Virus record (IMG/VR): IMGVR_UViG_2740892201_000001
Location: 24,422 to 88,421 of that record
Direction: 5' to 3' (one strand)
Source of the DNA: a virus
Lineage: Duplodnaviria > Caudoviricetes
Length of the DNA stretch: 64,000 bases
A program made the translations under genes and the position numbers. The notes beneath the pieces were generated by a model. It was given only the letters and a program-made list of their open reading frames with translations. It was not told the origin of the DNA and did not search any database. This document shows positions 28,132 to 37,986 of this stretch, piece after piece (positions within the stretch are counted from its first letter, which is position 1; every line of letters starts with the position of its first letter).

Positions 28132-28197
28132 TATCACCGCACGGGATAAATAACTAACACCGCGCGTGTTGACTATTTTACCTCTGGCGGTGATAAT
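28132..28197 (+). promoter_or_regulatory. OR3-OR2-OR1 operators with PR and PRM
   Basis: TATCACCGCACGGGATA, TAACACCGCGCGTGTTG, TACCTCTGGCGGTGATA; TTGACT-17-GATAAT. Confidence 0.95.
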
Positions 28198-28216
28198 TAA
28201 GCCTATACATTAGGAG

Positions 28217-28444
28217 ATGATTATGAGCCAGAGAATAAAACTCAAAGATTATGTAGAGCAGTTTGGCCAGACGAAAGCAGCTACCGATTTAGGCGTTTAC
28301 CAGAGCGCAATCTTTAAAGCGATTTCACTCAAACGTGACATCACCGTGATCCTCCATGAAGACGGGACGATTTCAGCGGAAGAAGTGAAACCGTTCCCTG
28401 CAAATCGTAAGTGTGATCACAAGTCTATATCGACAGCTTTCTAA
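28217..28444 (+). CDS. cro: Lambda-type Cro
   Basis: QRI.LKDY...[18 protein letters not shown]...AEEVKPFP. Confidence 0.95.
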   Translation: MIMSQRIKLKDYVEQFGQTKAATDLGVYQSAIFKAISLKRDITVILHEDGTISAEEVKPFPANRKCDHKSISTAF

Positions 28445-28472
28445 TTTTAACCACAGTTTAGAGGGCTTAACC

Positions 28473-29021
28473 GTGGATCAGAAGCACTGGCAAGTTGAAA
28501 AGCAGCCGGCATGGCTGGTGGTAGCAATAAAGAAGACGATTTCAAGTCTTCCGGGTGGGTACTTAGAAGCAGCTGAATGGCTGGGTGTAACCGAGGATGC
28601 GCTATTTAACCGCCTGCGCACCAATGGCGATCAAATTTTCCCAATGGGTTGGGCAATGGTTCTGCAGCAGGCAAGCGGCACAAAGCACATCGCTAATGCC
28701 GTGTCCCGTCAATCGAACAGCGTCAACGTACCGCTGGTGGACATTGAGGATGTTGATAACGCGGATATCAATCAGCGCCTGATGGAGTCGGTTGAGTGGA
28801 TTGGCAAGCATTCTGCTTACATTCGCAAGGCAACCGCTGATGGCGTGATTGATGCGGCTGAGCGTGAGCAGATTGAAGAGAACAGCTATCAGGTAATGGC
28901 GAAGTGGCAGGAGCATCTGACGCTGCTGTATCGCGTTTTTTGCGCTCCAGAAAAGGTGAACGCCGCTGGATTGCAGTCCGCGGCGTTCGATGCGACTAAA
29001 TCAACGTGTGTGGAGAACTAA
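28473..29021 (+). CDS. YmfL/CII-position regulatory protein
   Basis: LPGGY.EAAEWLGVTE.ALFNRLR..GDQ.FP.GWAM.LQ; GTG start with GAGGG RBS. Confidence 0.75.
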   Translation: MDQKHWQVEKQPAWLVVAIKKTISSLPGGYLEAAEWLGVTEDALFNRLRTNGDQIFPMGWAMVLQQASGTKHIANAVSRQSNSVNVPLVDIEDVDNADINQRLMESVEWIGKHSAYIRKATADGVIDAAEREQIEENSYQVMAKWQEHLTLLYRVFCAPEKVNAAGLQSAAFDATKSTCVEN

Positions 29022-29207
29022 TCGCGTGATCAATTTAACCAGAAAATCAGGATTACCGCAATTCCGTTGCCTTCCCTCTGCTGGTGGCCGCTTCAGCAAT
29101 GAGCCGCTGCGGTATGTGCTTAATGTACCAGGCGTCAGCGAAGAAGTTAACCACGGCTTTGTTGAGTGGGCTGTGGGTGATGCTAACCAGCGAATGAGGG
29201 CGATCAC

Positions 29208-29390
29208 ATGCGAGAACTCGACCGTATTTTTCGAGACAAGCGCGGCATCCCTGTGCGGGTCATCCGCTGGGAGCCAGAAAACGACCGCGTTATCTACCTG
29301 CGTGACAAGTACGAACATGGTGAGTGCTTCAGCTCTCTCGAACGGTTCAAGCAATATTTCAGAGAGGTTGGGGTAAATCATGAGCGTTAA
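29208..29390 (+). CDS. DUF4222-like small protein
   Basis: D.RG.PV.VI.......VIY.R..Y..GEC...L..F...F.EV. Confidence 0.65.
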   Translation: MRELDRIFRDKRGIPVRVIRWEPENDRVIYLRDKYEHGECFSSLERFKQYFREVGVNHER

Positions 29391-30273
29391 ATTATCTGCA
29401 TTCGTCTGGGACGGCTGCGCATCATCCGGCATGAAGATCACTATGGTAGCCATCATGGCACGCCTGGCTGACTTCTCAAGCGACGAAGGCGTTTGCTGGC
29501 CTTCAATCGCCACCATCGCCCGTCAGATAGGCGCTGGTCCGAGTACTGTTCGTACTTCGATCCGTAAGCTGGAAAGTGATGGCTGGCTGACCAGCACTTC
29601 ACGTCGCAAAGGTAACCGCAACAACTCCAACATGTATCAGCTGAACGTCAAAAAACTGCGCGAATCAGCTGCTGCTCACCTGTCAGAATCTGAGGCGTCA
29701 GAATCTGACACATCAAAATTTGACGCATCAAAATCTGATGCACCGAATTTTGACGCGTCAAATTTTCACCCGTCAGAATCCAGCAAAAATAACAGTTTTG
29801 ACCCGCCAGAATCTGGCGACGATCCGTCAGTAAAATCAAAACATGATCCATCAGATAAAAAACCCTTTTGTCAGGTTGCGTCGCAACCAGACGATGAGTG
29901 GTCAATTATCAATCGCTCCCGTCAGGTTTTACGTCACCTGAACAAAACTAGCGGCGCAAAACACACCGAGGCGCAGTCGTCGATGGGGCACATCAAATCC
30001 CGCCTGAAAGACAAGTTCACGGTGGAAGAGCTTTGTCTGGTGGTGGATTACAAGCACGCACACTGGGAAGGCACTGAGGAATACCAGTACATGCGTCCCA
30101 AAACGCTATTCATCCCCGGCAATCTGCCTGGTTACCTCCAGTCAGCCACCAAATGGGATAAGGCCGGTCGCCCGCCGCGCTCTGAGTGGAGCGCCCTGAA
30201 GCGCAACATGCAGCGCGATATCACGGTCATTCCAAAGCCTGACAGCTCAGTGCCTCACGGCTTTCGCGGTTAA
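29380..30273 (+). CDS. Replication initiator (HTH plus phage C-terminal domain) with probable internal origin
   Basis: LADFSSDEG.CWPS..TIARQ; Y.RP.TLF; internal TCAGAATCTG/TCAAAATTTG iteron-like repeats at ~29680-29820. Confidence 0.85.
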   Translation: MSVKLSAFVWDGCASSGMKITMVAIMARLADFSSDEGVCWPSIATIARQIGAGPSTVRTSIRKLESDGWLTSTSRRKGNRNNSNMYQLNVKKLRESAAAHLSESEASESDTSKFDASKSDAPNFDASNFHPSESSKNNSFDPPESGDDPSVKSKHDPSDKKPFCQVASQPDDEWSIINRSRQVLRHLNKTSGAKHTEAQSSMGHIKSRLKDKFTVEELCLVVDYKHAHWEGTEEYQYMRPKTLFIPGNLPGYLQSATKWDKAGRPPRSEWSALKRNMQRDITVIPKPDSSVPHGFRG

Positions 30274-30285
30274 CGGGAGAAAATC

Positions 30286-30720
30286 ATGATCAACCACGAA
30301 TCAAAAATTCTTGAACTGATTACCCGTAATGGTCCGCTGAAGGTCCGCGAACTCTGCAAGCTCATGGGTCTGCATGAGACCTCCGTGAAGCGCTTTATCA
30401 AACCGCTGTTCACTAAGGGGCTGCTGAAGCGGGCAAGCGACTGGAGCTACTCAATCAACACTGACCCCTTGCCGGTTGAAAGCGAGAAATTCGCCCGCCT
30501 GGCGAAGCAGGCCAGCGAACTTGAGGCGAAAGGGTTCTGCCTGCGAGCTGCACAGGTATGGCGTGAAGCGATGATGGTGGCGAAGTTCGATGCATCTCGC
30601 AATGAAGCCAAAGAGAACTGCGACCGCTGCGCCGTTAAGGGCTCACTCAACTGTGGCAGCTACGGCGGACTCGACACCGGCCGCATCATTTCAGCCAGTG
30701 TGAACAGGGATTTGTTATGA
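30286..30720 (+). CDS. HTH plus PerC-like regulator
   Basis: N-terminal wHTH; A.ELEAKGF..RAA.VW PerC-like motif. Confidence 0.7.
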   Translation: MINHESKILELITRNGPLKVRELCKLMGLHETSVKRFIKPLFTKGLLKRASDWSYSINTDPLPVESEKFARLAKQASELEAKGFCLRAAQVWREAMMVAKFDASRNEAKENCDRCAVKGSLNCGSYGGLDTGRIISASVNRDLL

Positions 30721-30835
30721 GAACGCACCTGAAGAGCCACTACGAATGCAACGAGATTTTCTACCGGGCCATTCCCACTGCAGTAGTGATGATTGCCGCC
30801 CTGATTTTTGTCCTGACATGGGAGCTGACCACAGC

Positions 30836-32299
30836 ATGAGCACGTTATCTCAGTACTACAAACAGAAAGAGCAAAATGGCACCGGCACCACCGTCAAAAA
30901 AACTTTCATGGTACCGTTCGAAGAACTCTACACAGTGGAAGGTGAGCAGGGGCGTCCACTGAATAAAGAACACGCTGAAAAAATGTGTGAGCTTTGGATG
31001 TCAGGTACAGACTTGCCAGCGCTTCTCGTTGAAGTAACTGAACGGGGTGTGAAGATCATTGATGGTCAGCATCGTCATTATGGCGCTTATCTGGCAAGAG
31101 AAAAGGGGCATCAGATACCCCGAATCGAATGTAAGGATTTTATCGGTACGCCGCTTGAGAAACTGGCAATCCAGACCGGTAGCAGCGAAGGCCTGCAGAT
31201 AACGCCAATTGAACGTGCCATCAATTATAACAAGGCAAAAAATCAGGGTCACAGCATCCACGAGATCGCTAAGGCTTTTCATCGATCAGTAACTGACGTA
31301 GAGAATCACCTCCAGCTGCTGTCTTCAGGTGACACACTGCTGGATATGGTGAGCTCAGGAGAAGTATCAGCAACAACAGCTATGGAGTTGAGCAAGAAGC
31401 ACGGACCAGCAGCGGGTCGCATTGCAACTGAGCAGCTTGAAAAAGTTAAGGCCTCTGGCAAGAAGAAGCTGACTCGTTCAGCAGCCATCGTTTCACCGGC
31501 AAAACTGCGTGAAAAAATCCGCGCAGAGCATGCAGCATGGTCGCAGGAAACGTTCGGCGATGTAGGTCCGGTTGGTCCTCTGAAGCACCTGGCAAAAGAG
31601 GCGATGGAAGCTGCTGAAGCACCTGATGACCTGTCTGAATGGGCTGACCTTCAGTTTCTGCTGTGGGATGCCATGCGCCGCGCCGGTATTACTGAAGAAG
31701 AGCTCAATTCCGCCATGGAATTGAAACTCAGCGTCAACAAGGCCCGCAACTGGCCCGAACCCAAAGACGGTGAGCCGCGCGAACACCTGAATGCTGATAG
31801 TGAGGAACCCGTTCAGTCTGAAAAAGACTATGGCGATGACCTGCCATTGCTGAAGCACGAAATTCTTGAGAAGAGCGGTGTTGACGTGTGGGCCTGCGTT
31901 CAGGCCGCATTCAAGATGAAAGCTGAGTACACCTACAGCGAATCCAAATGGGCGCATACCTGGGCGGCAGACTCTGTTGAGAATCCTACCTGTGTGACAG
32001 TTCCGGCAGAGACGATTGCCAGTGCAGTACGCCTCATCAAGCAGCACCAGGATGAACAGGCGATCAAAAAGTGGCTATCAGAGCAGCATGATGACCCTGA
32101 ACTGGTGACAGAGCAGCTGAACCGCTTCACAGGGACGCTCACTGACTTACGTCAGGATCATCCGTGTACTGCTCAGGATTTCATAAAGCTGGTGGAGCAG
32201 GTAAATCGGGATTGCTGGTCCAATTACCGCATGCTGCGTCAGGCAGTCCGTGAGGTGGCTGGGCAGATGACAATTCCGGGTATTGGGGAGACTGCATGA
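30836..32299 (+). CDS. ParB-like protein fused to a DUF550 (dNTP pyrophosphohydrolase-like) domain
   Basis: IIDGQHRH ParB motif plus HTH; WS..TFG.VGP.GPLKHL.KEA.EA...PDDLSEWAD.QFLLWDA.RRAG segment. Confidence 0.75.
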   Translation: MSTLSQYYKQKEQNGTGTTVKKTFMVPFEELYTVEGEQGRPLNKEHAEKMCELWMSGTDLPALLVEVTERGVKIIDGQHRHYGAYLAREKGHQIPRIECKDFIGTPLEKLAIQTGSSEGLQITPIERAINYNKAKNQGHSIHEIAKAFHRSVTDVENHLQLLSSGDTLLDMVSSGEVSATTAMELSKKHGPAAGRIATEQLEKVKASGKKKLTRSAAIVSPAKLREKIRAEHAAWSQETFGDVGPVGPLKHLAKEAMEAAEAPDDLSEWADLQFLLWDAMRRAGITEEELNSAMELKLSVNKARNWPEPKDGEPREHLNADSEEPVQSEKDYGDDLPLLKHEILEKSGVDVWACVQAAFKMKAEYTYSESKWAHTWAADSVENPTCVTVPAETIASAVRLIKQHQDEQAIKKWLSEQHDDPELVTEQLNRFTGTLTDLRQDHPCTAQDFIKLVEQVNRDCWSNYRMLRQAVREVAGQMTIPGIGETA

Positions 32300-32661
32300 A
32301 GTTAACCCTCCCGTTCCCGCCAAGCGTTAACACGTACTGGCGTAACACCAGAAAGGGAGTATTGATCAGCGCCTCCGGGCGCTGTTTCCGCTCCAACGCA
32401 TTTGCCGCCATTCTTCAGCAGCTCAAACGCCGACCACAGCCGATTACAGTGAACGTGCAGGTTACCGTGCTGCTGTTTCCTCCAGACAAGCGCCAGCGTG
32501 ACCTTGATAACTACCTCAAAGCCCTGTTTGACAGCCTCACGCATGCCGGTATATGGGGCGATGACAGGCAGATTAAGCGATTCACTGTAGAGTGGGGACC
32601 TGTAACCAAAGGCGGTAAGTCTGAGGTGGTAATCAGCGAGTTTCAGCCGGTAGCGGCATAG
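32296..32661 (+). CDS. rusA: RusA Holliday junction resolvase
   Basis: LPFPPSVNTYWR...PPDKR.RDLDN..KAL.D.L..AG...DD.QI. Confidence 0.92.
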   Translation: MKLTLPFPPSVNTYWRNTRKGVLISASGRCFRSNAFAAILQQLKRRPQPITVNVQVTVLLFPPDKRQRDLDNYLKALFDSLTHAGIWGDDRQIKRFTVEWGPVTKGGKSEVVISEFQPVAA

Positions 32662-32811
32662 GTCCGCAACTGGTTACATGACCAGTGAAATTGGGTATAG
32701 TGTGTGCTGTACTGGTGATTGCAGTTGCCGTACCAAGGTTGGTCCCGTTCACTTGCAGGTGATGGGGCGGGGCCATTTAAAAATGTTGTTCCAGTGTGTG
32801 GAGAGGTCAAA

Positions 32812-33528
32812 ATGCTGAATCAATCAGCGGGTGCTATTGCGCCTGTAGTCAATGCTATTCAATCCCCGATCATGACCAGCCGTGAGATTGCCGAACTGAC
32901 CGGCAAAGAACACAAAAATGTCACTGTAGATATTCGCCGTATGCTGGATGACCTGGGAGAAGATGCGCTGAAATTCCAGCGTATCTATTTAGATACCATG
33001 AACCGACAGCGAACTGAGTATCACCTCGACCGTGAGCACACCGAATGCCTCATCACCGGCTATAGTGCCATTCTCCGCATGAAGGTGATTAAGCGGCTAC
33101 ATGAGCTGGAAGACAGCCAGCCAGTTAAAATCCCGCAAACCTTTGCTGAAGCGCTCCGCCTGGCCGCCGAAATGGAAGAGGAAAAAGAGCGCCTGCAGCT
33201 GCAGCTGAATGAAGCTGCACCAAAGGTTGCCTTCGTGGATCGCTATGTCACGGCCACCAGTTCAATGACTTTCCGCCAGGTGGCAAAACTTCTTGAGGCG
33301 AAAGAGCCTGAATTACGCCTGTTCCTGATTGAAAGCCGTGTTATGTACCGCCTGAATGGCGTCCTGACCCCCTACAGCCAGCACATTGAGGCCGGTCGTT
33401 TTGAGGTAAGGACCGGAACCACTACCGAATCAAATTACATGTTCAGTCAGTCCCGGTTTACCGCGAAGGGCGTTCAGTGGATAGGCGGGCTATGGACGGC
33501 GTACAAAGCCGCTGGTGGTGCTGAGTGA
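32812..33528 (+). CDS. Rha / KilA-C antirepressor
   Basis: MTSREIAELTGKEH.NV..DIR; PQTFAEALRLAA; APKV.F.D...FTAKG..W. Confidence 0.85.
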   Translation: MLNQSAGAIAPVVNAIQSPIMTSREIAELTGKEHKNVTVDIRRMLDDLGEDALKFQRIYLDTMNRQRTEYHLDREHTECLITGYSAILRMKVIKRLHELEDSQPVKIPQTFAEALRLAAEMEEEKERLQLQLNEAAPKVAFVDRYVTATSSMTFRQVAKLLEAKEPELRLFLIESRVMYRLNGVLTPYSQHIEAGRFEVRTGTTTESNYMFSQSRFTAKGVQWIGGLWTAYKAAGGAE

Positions 33529-34541
33529 GGGCATTGCTTACACCTGAAGTAGCGCCGCGCACAGGGATTGTGCTGCTGAAGCCGGGGCCGGAGCTCATGA
33601 GGCTATTTAGTGGCCGCGTGGTTATCAGCACACCTTCAATCGATATGGCAGATCTGCCATCAGGGCGGCTGAATGACGGCACACAGCCGCTGCTTGATGA
33701 ACCCTCACTGATTCCCTTCTTCAGTCATGAACGTGTGATAGCGGCTGCTGGTGGGCCTAGTGCGCTGGCATCTTTCGTCCAGTCATTTGGCTGCTGCCAG
33801 TGGGAGCAGTCCGGGACATGGCATCATCATGAGTTCACAGTGTCAGAAATCGAAAACGGCCTGGTTTCTCTGTGCTACAGCCACGATAATGAGTTCAGGG
33901 AAAACGGCGTACCCGGTAGCCTGGAGAATATTGCCAAAGGCAATACTGCGCTCTGGATCATCAGGGCCGCATGCAGCCAGATGGCATTACCATTCGATCA
34001 CAACCTGACCCTGCCCGAGCTTTGCTGGTGGGCCACTCTGAATGATGTTATTGACCTGATACCGGAGGCACCGGCCCGGCGCGTTCTGCGCATGCCAAAG
34101 GAGACTATCCAGAGCGGGGAGCTGAAAGAAGCCCGAATTGTTCCGGCTCGACCGGCCCGCGAGGTGATTCAGGATGCTGCACAGGTCGTCAAAAAGATTA
34201 TCAGCCTGCACGCGGACCCTGAATCACCGGAATCCTTCATGAAGCGTCCCAAGCGCAAGCGCTGGGAGAGTGAGAAGTACACGCGGTGGGTTAAGTCACA
34301 GAGCTGTGCATGTTGCGGCATGCAGGCTGACGATCCTCATCACATCATCGGGCATGGTCAGGGAGGCATAGGGACAAAGGCCCATGATTTATTCGTGATA
34401 CCGCTTTGCAGGGCGCATCACGACGAATTACACCGCGACCCAAAACTTTTTGAGTCAAAATACGGCAGTCAGGTTGAGCTGCTATTCAGGTTCCTGGATT
34501 TCGCGATTGCAGTCGGCATTATCGGGACAGATAAAAAATAA
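33525..34541 (+). CDS. DUF968 (YdfU-like) protein
   Basis: MRALLTPE; C-terminal KYTRWVK.Q.C.CCG..ADDPHH.IGHG.GG.GTKAHD.F..PLCR.HH. Confidence 0.85.
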   Translation: MRALLTPEVAPRTGIVLLKPGPELMRLFSGRVVISTPSIDMADLPSGRLNDGTQPLLDEPSLIPFFSHERVIAAAGGPSALASFVQSFGCCQWEQSGTWHHHEFTVSEIENGLVSLCYSHDNEFRENGVPGSLENIAKGNTALWIIRAACSQMALPFDHNLTLPELCWWATLNDVIDLIPEAPARRVLRMPKETIQSGELKEARIVPARPAREVIQDAAQVVKKIISLHADPESPESFMKRPKRKRWESEKYTRWVKSQSCACCGMQADDPHHIIGHGQGGIGTKAHDLFVIPLCRAHHDELHRDPKLFESKYGSQVELLFRFLDFAIAVGIIGTDKK

Positions 34542-34562
34542 AATGTGTGGAGAGGATTAAAT

Positions 34563-34949
34563 ATGCGTGACATGTCACAGGTATTAGAGCGCTGGGCGGG
34601 ATGGGCTAAATCAGAAAGTAGCGGTGTTGATTACTCAGCAATTGCGGCTGGATTCAAAGGCCTGTTGGCGCAGGATTCAAAATTAACACTCACCTGCAGC
34701 GATAATGATGGATTAGTCATTGAGGGCTGTCTGGCGCGGCTTAAAGAAAAGCGCCCGGATGAGCATGCGATCATTGTGCTTCATTACTTTTTCAATATCT
34801 CAAAGCGCAACCTTGCTAAACAGGCCAGGCGCGATGAAAAAATAGTGAGAATTGAAATTCAGATGGCTGAGGGTTTCATTGAAGGTTGTCTGGCAATGCT
34901 GGATGTGCGGCTGGATATGGATGCCGAACTGACGCCGAAAAAATATTGA
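34563..34949 (+). CDS. Q: Antiterminator Q
   Basis: MRD...VLERW..WA.....VDYS.IAAGFKGL...C.D.DGL...Q.AEGFI.GCL. Confidence 0.9.
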   Translation: MRDMSQVLERWAGWAKSESSGVDYSAIAAGFKGLLAQDSKLTLTCSDNDGLVIEGCLARLKEKRPDEHAIIVLHYFFNISKRNLAKQARRDEKIVRIEIQMAEGFIEGCLAMLDVRLDMDAELTPKKY

Positions 34950-35052
34950 AAAAACCTCTCACGCGGTCCGCATTTTCCTTAGTAATCTGATAAGGTCAAT
35001 TACAAGCAGTGCAGCTTATCTGCTAAAAGTCAGTTCTAAACGTGGATGTCAA

Positions 35053-35090
35053 GGCGCCTCTGGCCTCACCAGCCTGGAGGCGTTTTTATT
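35053..35090 (+). terminator. tR'-like terminator after the late promoter
   Basis: GGCGCCTC..GAGGCGTT hairpin followed by TTTATT, downstream of Q. Confidence 0.65.
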
Positions 35091-35232
35091 GTAAACATCC
35101 CTGCAAGGGATGGTGAAAAGATTATCCACACTGAGGGATAGAAAAATTAACCCTGTTGCCGACGGGCAAGGCAGTTACCGCTTTAGCGTCAGGGTTTCTA
35201 AATGCCCGACTCTGCACTAAGATGACTTCACT

Positions 35233-35332
35233 GCGGTGAATCCCATCTAAGCGATGGGGCGTGATGGCAAATGTTATGCGGAACGCGAGCCTGAAGCCAT
35301 AACAGGGCTCACCGGGAGGCACCCGGCACCGC
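35233..35332 (+). ncRNA. Structured RNA element (sRNA-Xcc1-like motif), late leader
   Basis: GCGGTGAAT...CACCGGGAGGCACCCGGCACCGC; 25 nt identical to the copy at 26267-26291. Confidence 0.55.
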
Positions 35333-35484
35333 AGACCATCCAATTTTCTAAATTCAAAGGCTCACTTCGGTGGGCCTTTTCGTTTTTGCGCACGCCAATC
35401 AGCCTCCACACACATTTTGACGCCGTGGCGTTGCGCAATTTCCTTCTGACTACCGACAGCACCTGCCAATTAACGGAGGTGAGG

Positions 35485-35847
35485 ATGAAACGCATGCCGG
35501 ACAAAGACGTTGGGTTCTGGGCAAGCCTGATTGCCTGGCTTTACGCCCACAAAAACGAAACCGGCTATGCGGGTCTGGCCGGAGTCATGGCGATTCTCAG
35601 AGCCACTTACGTTGGCAAAGACGCATGGTCACGCCGCCTGCTTGATGCAGCGATGTGCAGTGTCTTCGCCTTCTTCCTGCAGCCAAGCCTGCAGGTAATT
35701 GGTTCGGTGTTTAACTGGCACTTCAGTGAAGACATTACGCGGGTTGCTGCGGTCTTTCTTGGGTTCCTCGGTGTTGACTACGTGTCAACGAAGATACGCC
35801 GCCAGATAGATAAGCGACTGGGGGACAGTAATGCTGACAGCCAATAG
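35485..35847 (+). CDS. Lambda-family holin with dual-start motif
   Basis: MKRMPDK start; three hydrophobic segments; GFLGVD; basic C-terminus. Confidence 0.85.
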   Translation: MKRMPDKDVGFWASLIAWLYAHKNETGYAGLAGVMAILRATYVGKDAWSRRLLDAAMCSVFAFFLQPSLQVIGSVFNWHFSEDITRVAAVFLGFLGVDYVSTKIRRQIDKRLGDSNADSQ

Positions 35848-36463
35848 TTTTCAGCTCGCGACCGGCGTTAGCAATGCGCTGCGTGATGCCTGGTTTCCTC
35901 ACATAGCGGCAAGCCTCTCAGCGTTCCAGATAAGCACGCCATTACGGCAGGCTCACTTTCTGGCGCAGACAGGTCATGAATCAGCCGGGTTCCTGAAGGT
36001 AGAAGAGGGACTGAATTACAGTGAGAACGCGCTGACTGCCATGTTTGGCAAGCGCATTACTGCTGAGCAGGCCCGCGCCTATGGTCGTAATGCGATGCAT
36101 GCGGCTAACCAGAAGATGATCGCCAGCATCATTTACGCAAACCGTAACGGGAATGGTGATGTTGTTTCGGGGGATGGGTACCGCTATCGCGGTCGCGGCC
36201 TGATTCAGATTACCGGCAAAGCCAACTATGCAGCACTGGTGAAACAGCTTGGCGCTGATGTGGTGGCTAATCCTGATTTATTGCTGGGCTATCGCTTTGC
36301 TGCGATGTCTGCGGCGGCATGGTGGAAGAATAACGGCCTGAACGAGCTGGCTGATTCTGATGATGTTATCCGCATCACCAGAATCATTAACGGTGGCACC
36401 AATGGTCTGGACGACCGGAAATCCCGCTTATCAAAATCTAAGGGAATTCTATGTTCAACGTAA
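35831..36463 (+). CDS. GH19 endolysin
   Basis: AHFLAQ.GHES...DGYRYRGRGLIQITGK.NY...INGG.NGL.DR. Confidence 0.92.
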   Translation: MLTANSFQLATGVSNALRDAWFPHIAASLSAFQISTPLRQAHFLAQTGHESAGFLKVEEGLNYSENALTAMFGKRITAEQARAYGRNAMHAANQKMIASIIYANRNGNGDVVSGDGYRYRGRGLIQITGKANYAALVKQLGADVVANPDLLLGYRFAAMSAAAWWKNNGLNELADSDDVIRITRIINGGTNGLDDRKSRLSKSKGILCST

Positions 36464-36906
36464 TCGGCTTTATCCGAAACAATTCAGGTCTGGTCATCAT
36501 CGGTCTTATCTGCGTGGCGCTGTGGGGGCTGAACGCCAGTAATTCACAGCTGAAGGCAACGAACGACAGACTTGAGAAGCTGGCAAACAGCAAAGACGAG
36601 CAGATTAACGACCTGCGCTCCAAGAACGATGGCCTCGCATCGAGCGTCACTGAGCTGGTAACAGCTGTTAAGCAACAAAACGATGTGATGAGTCAGGTCG
36701 CAGAGCAGCGTGCCGTAACAGCCCAGCAGAACCGGAAACTACAGAATGAAATCAAGCGTTACCTTGCGGCGGACAAGTGTGCTGTTGCTCCTGTTCCCCC
36801 TGATGCTGCTGACAGGCTGCGCGACGCAGCAAAAGCCGCTGGTGGAGTACCGGGCAATCAAAGAACCACGGTTAAGCCTGCCAGCGGAACTGACCACGCC
36901 GATTGA
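36451..36906 (+). CDS. i-spanin (Rz-like)
   Basis: N-terminal TM segment plus coiled coil, after the endolysin. Confidence 0.8.
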   Translation: MFNVIGFIRNNSGLVIIGLICVALWGLNASNSQLKATNDRLEKLANSKDEQINDLRSKNDGLASSVTELVTAVKQQNDVMSQVAEQRAVTAQQNRKLQNEIKRYLAADKCAVAPVPPDAADRLRDAAKAAGGVPGNQRTTVKPASGTDHAD

Positions 36907-37030
36907 GGTGCCGGCCGTTCCTGATGCCATGAGCTTTGGTGACAGCGTTGGGCTTAATGCAGTGCTTTATGGCGCGCTCGGTCAGTGCAATATCGACCGT
37001 GCAGCCATAAGGGCACTGGAGCAGAAATAG
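36746..37030 (+). CDS. o-spanin (Rz1-like lipoprotein), overlapping Rz
   Basis: Lipobox LLTGC; Pro-rich; C-terminal L.QCN.DRAAIR. Confidence 0.8.
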   Translation: MKSSVTLRRTSVLLLLFPLMLLTGCATQQKPLVEYRAIKEPRLSLPAELTTPIEVPAVPDAMSFGDSVGLNAVLYGALGQCNIDRAAIRALEQK

Positions 37031-37106
37031 CCGATTTGCAGCAATACATTAGATGCAGCGTCTTTAATAAATGTTAAAGAAGCCCATCTAAGGATGGGCT
37101 AGTAGT

Positions 37107-37445
37107 TTACTCATCCATGAATTTTTGACGGCGATAGTCATCATAATCACTTTGTTCACGGCAGTCTTCACAGACTATCCCATCATGCTCCCAAATGTGG
37201 TCATAAGCCTCTATCAACTCAGCCCCTTCAAGCACCTTGTTGCAATCATTGTGGTGCTCACCCGGGTCCGTATAGCCTTCACAAGCATGGCTCATGAAGG
37301 GTGTCAAGACTGACTTTTGGGCAGGGGATAGTGTTGAAAAGCCTCTATCTACCGCAAGTTTTGCTATGCCTGCTACCTTACTATCTTCGTTGTGGAAGGC
37401 GTCATGTTTTAAAAGCGTTTCGAGCAGATTTTCTTCAATGCCCAT
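37107..37445 (-). CDS. Moron: 112-aa acidic protein with possible Cys/His metal site
   Basis: AGGAGG RBS; own promoter and flanking hairpin; C..C and CxxC residues. Confidence 0.75.
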   Translation of the reverse strand: MGIEENLLETLLKHDAFHNEDSKVAGIAKLAVDRGFSTLSPAQKSVLTPFMSHACEGYTDPGEHHNDCNKVLEGAELIEAYDHIWEHDGIVCEDCREQSDYDDYRRQKFMDE

Positions 37446-37473
37446 ACATCCTCCTTTTATGAATGCTTCATCA

Positions 37474-37500
37474 TTATCGGCTTAACATTAGTTTTATTTA
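37474..37500 (-). promoter_or_regulatory. sigma28 promoter of the 112-aa moron
   Basis: TAAA-N15-GCCGATAA, perfect -10 element. Confidence 0.75.
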
Positions 37501-37623
37501 AAGTTGATTGACAAAGGATAACGGTTAGCCACTCTGTGAAGCGTTGCGAAGCTGTGCTTATTATTTGCTTCCGTAGGATTAATCTTAAGGATAAATTGTA
37601 CCCTCCATTAATAAGGAGGTTTT

Positions 37624-37839
37624 ATGCTTGATAACTATTTAAAGTCTGCTGGCGGAGCTACTTCACCAGAGAAGCAAAGAGTCATTGCTTTAAATGCTGC
37701 GTTAGAACTTGCAAAGGCAGCGTTAGGAGCTTCCTCAGCAAATACAAACTCAACCCGCGTAGCTGACTCTCTCAATGGCGTAGCTCGAAATATTGAAGCT
37801 TTAGCCGATGCAATCCAGGCAGCAGCAAAAGTTAAGTAG
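37624..37839 (+). CDS. Moron: 71-aa Ala-rich helical protein
   Basis: TAAGGAGGT RBS; terminator AGCCG..CGGCT-T run follows. Confidence 0.75.
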   Translation: MLDNYLKSAGGATSPEKQRVIALNAALELAKAALGASSANTNSTRVADSLNGVARNIEALADAIQAAAKVK

Positions 37840-37986
37840 TTACACAGCCGCTCAAGGGCGGCTTTTTATTTTGTGCTGAAAACTGCATTTACCGAGTTCA
37901 ATTTTCAGCATAAACATACTGAATCATCGGCTGGTGGTTTCACCATTGCCGAGAGTTAAACACAAAAATCCAGCAGGAAACTCTAA

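Noticed and set aside
35254-35484. N-terminal extension of the holin ORF (197 aa)
   Set aside because: The extension runs through structured RNA and a terminator. The strong RBS and dual-start MKRM motif place the start at 35485.
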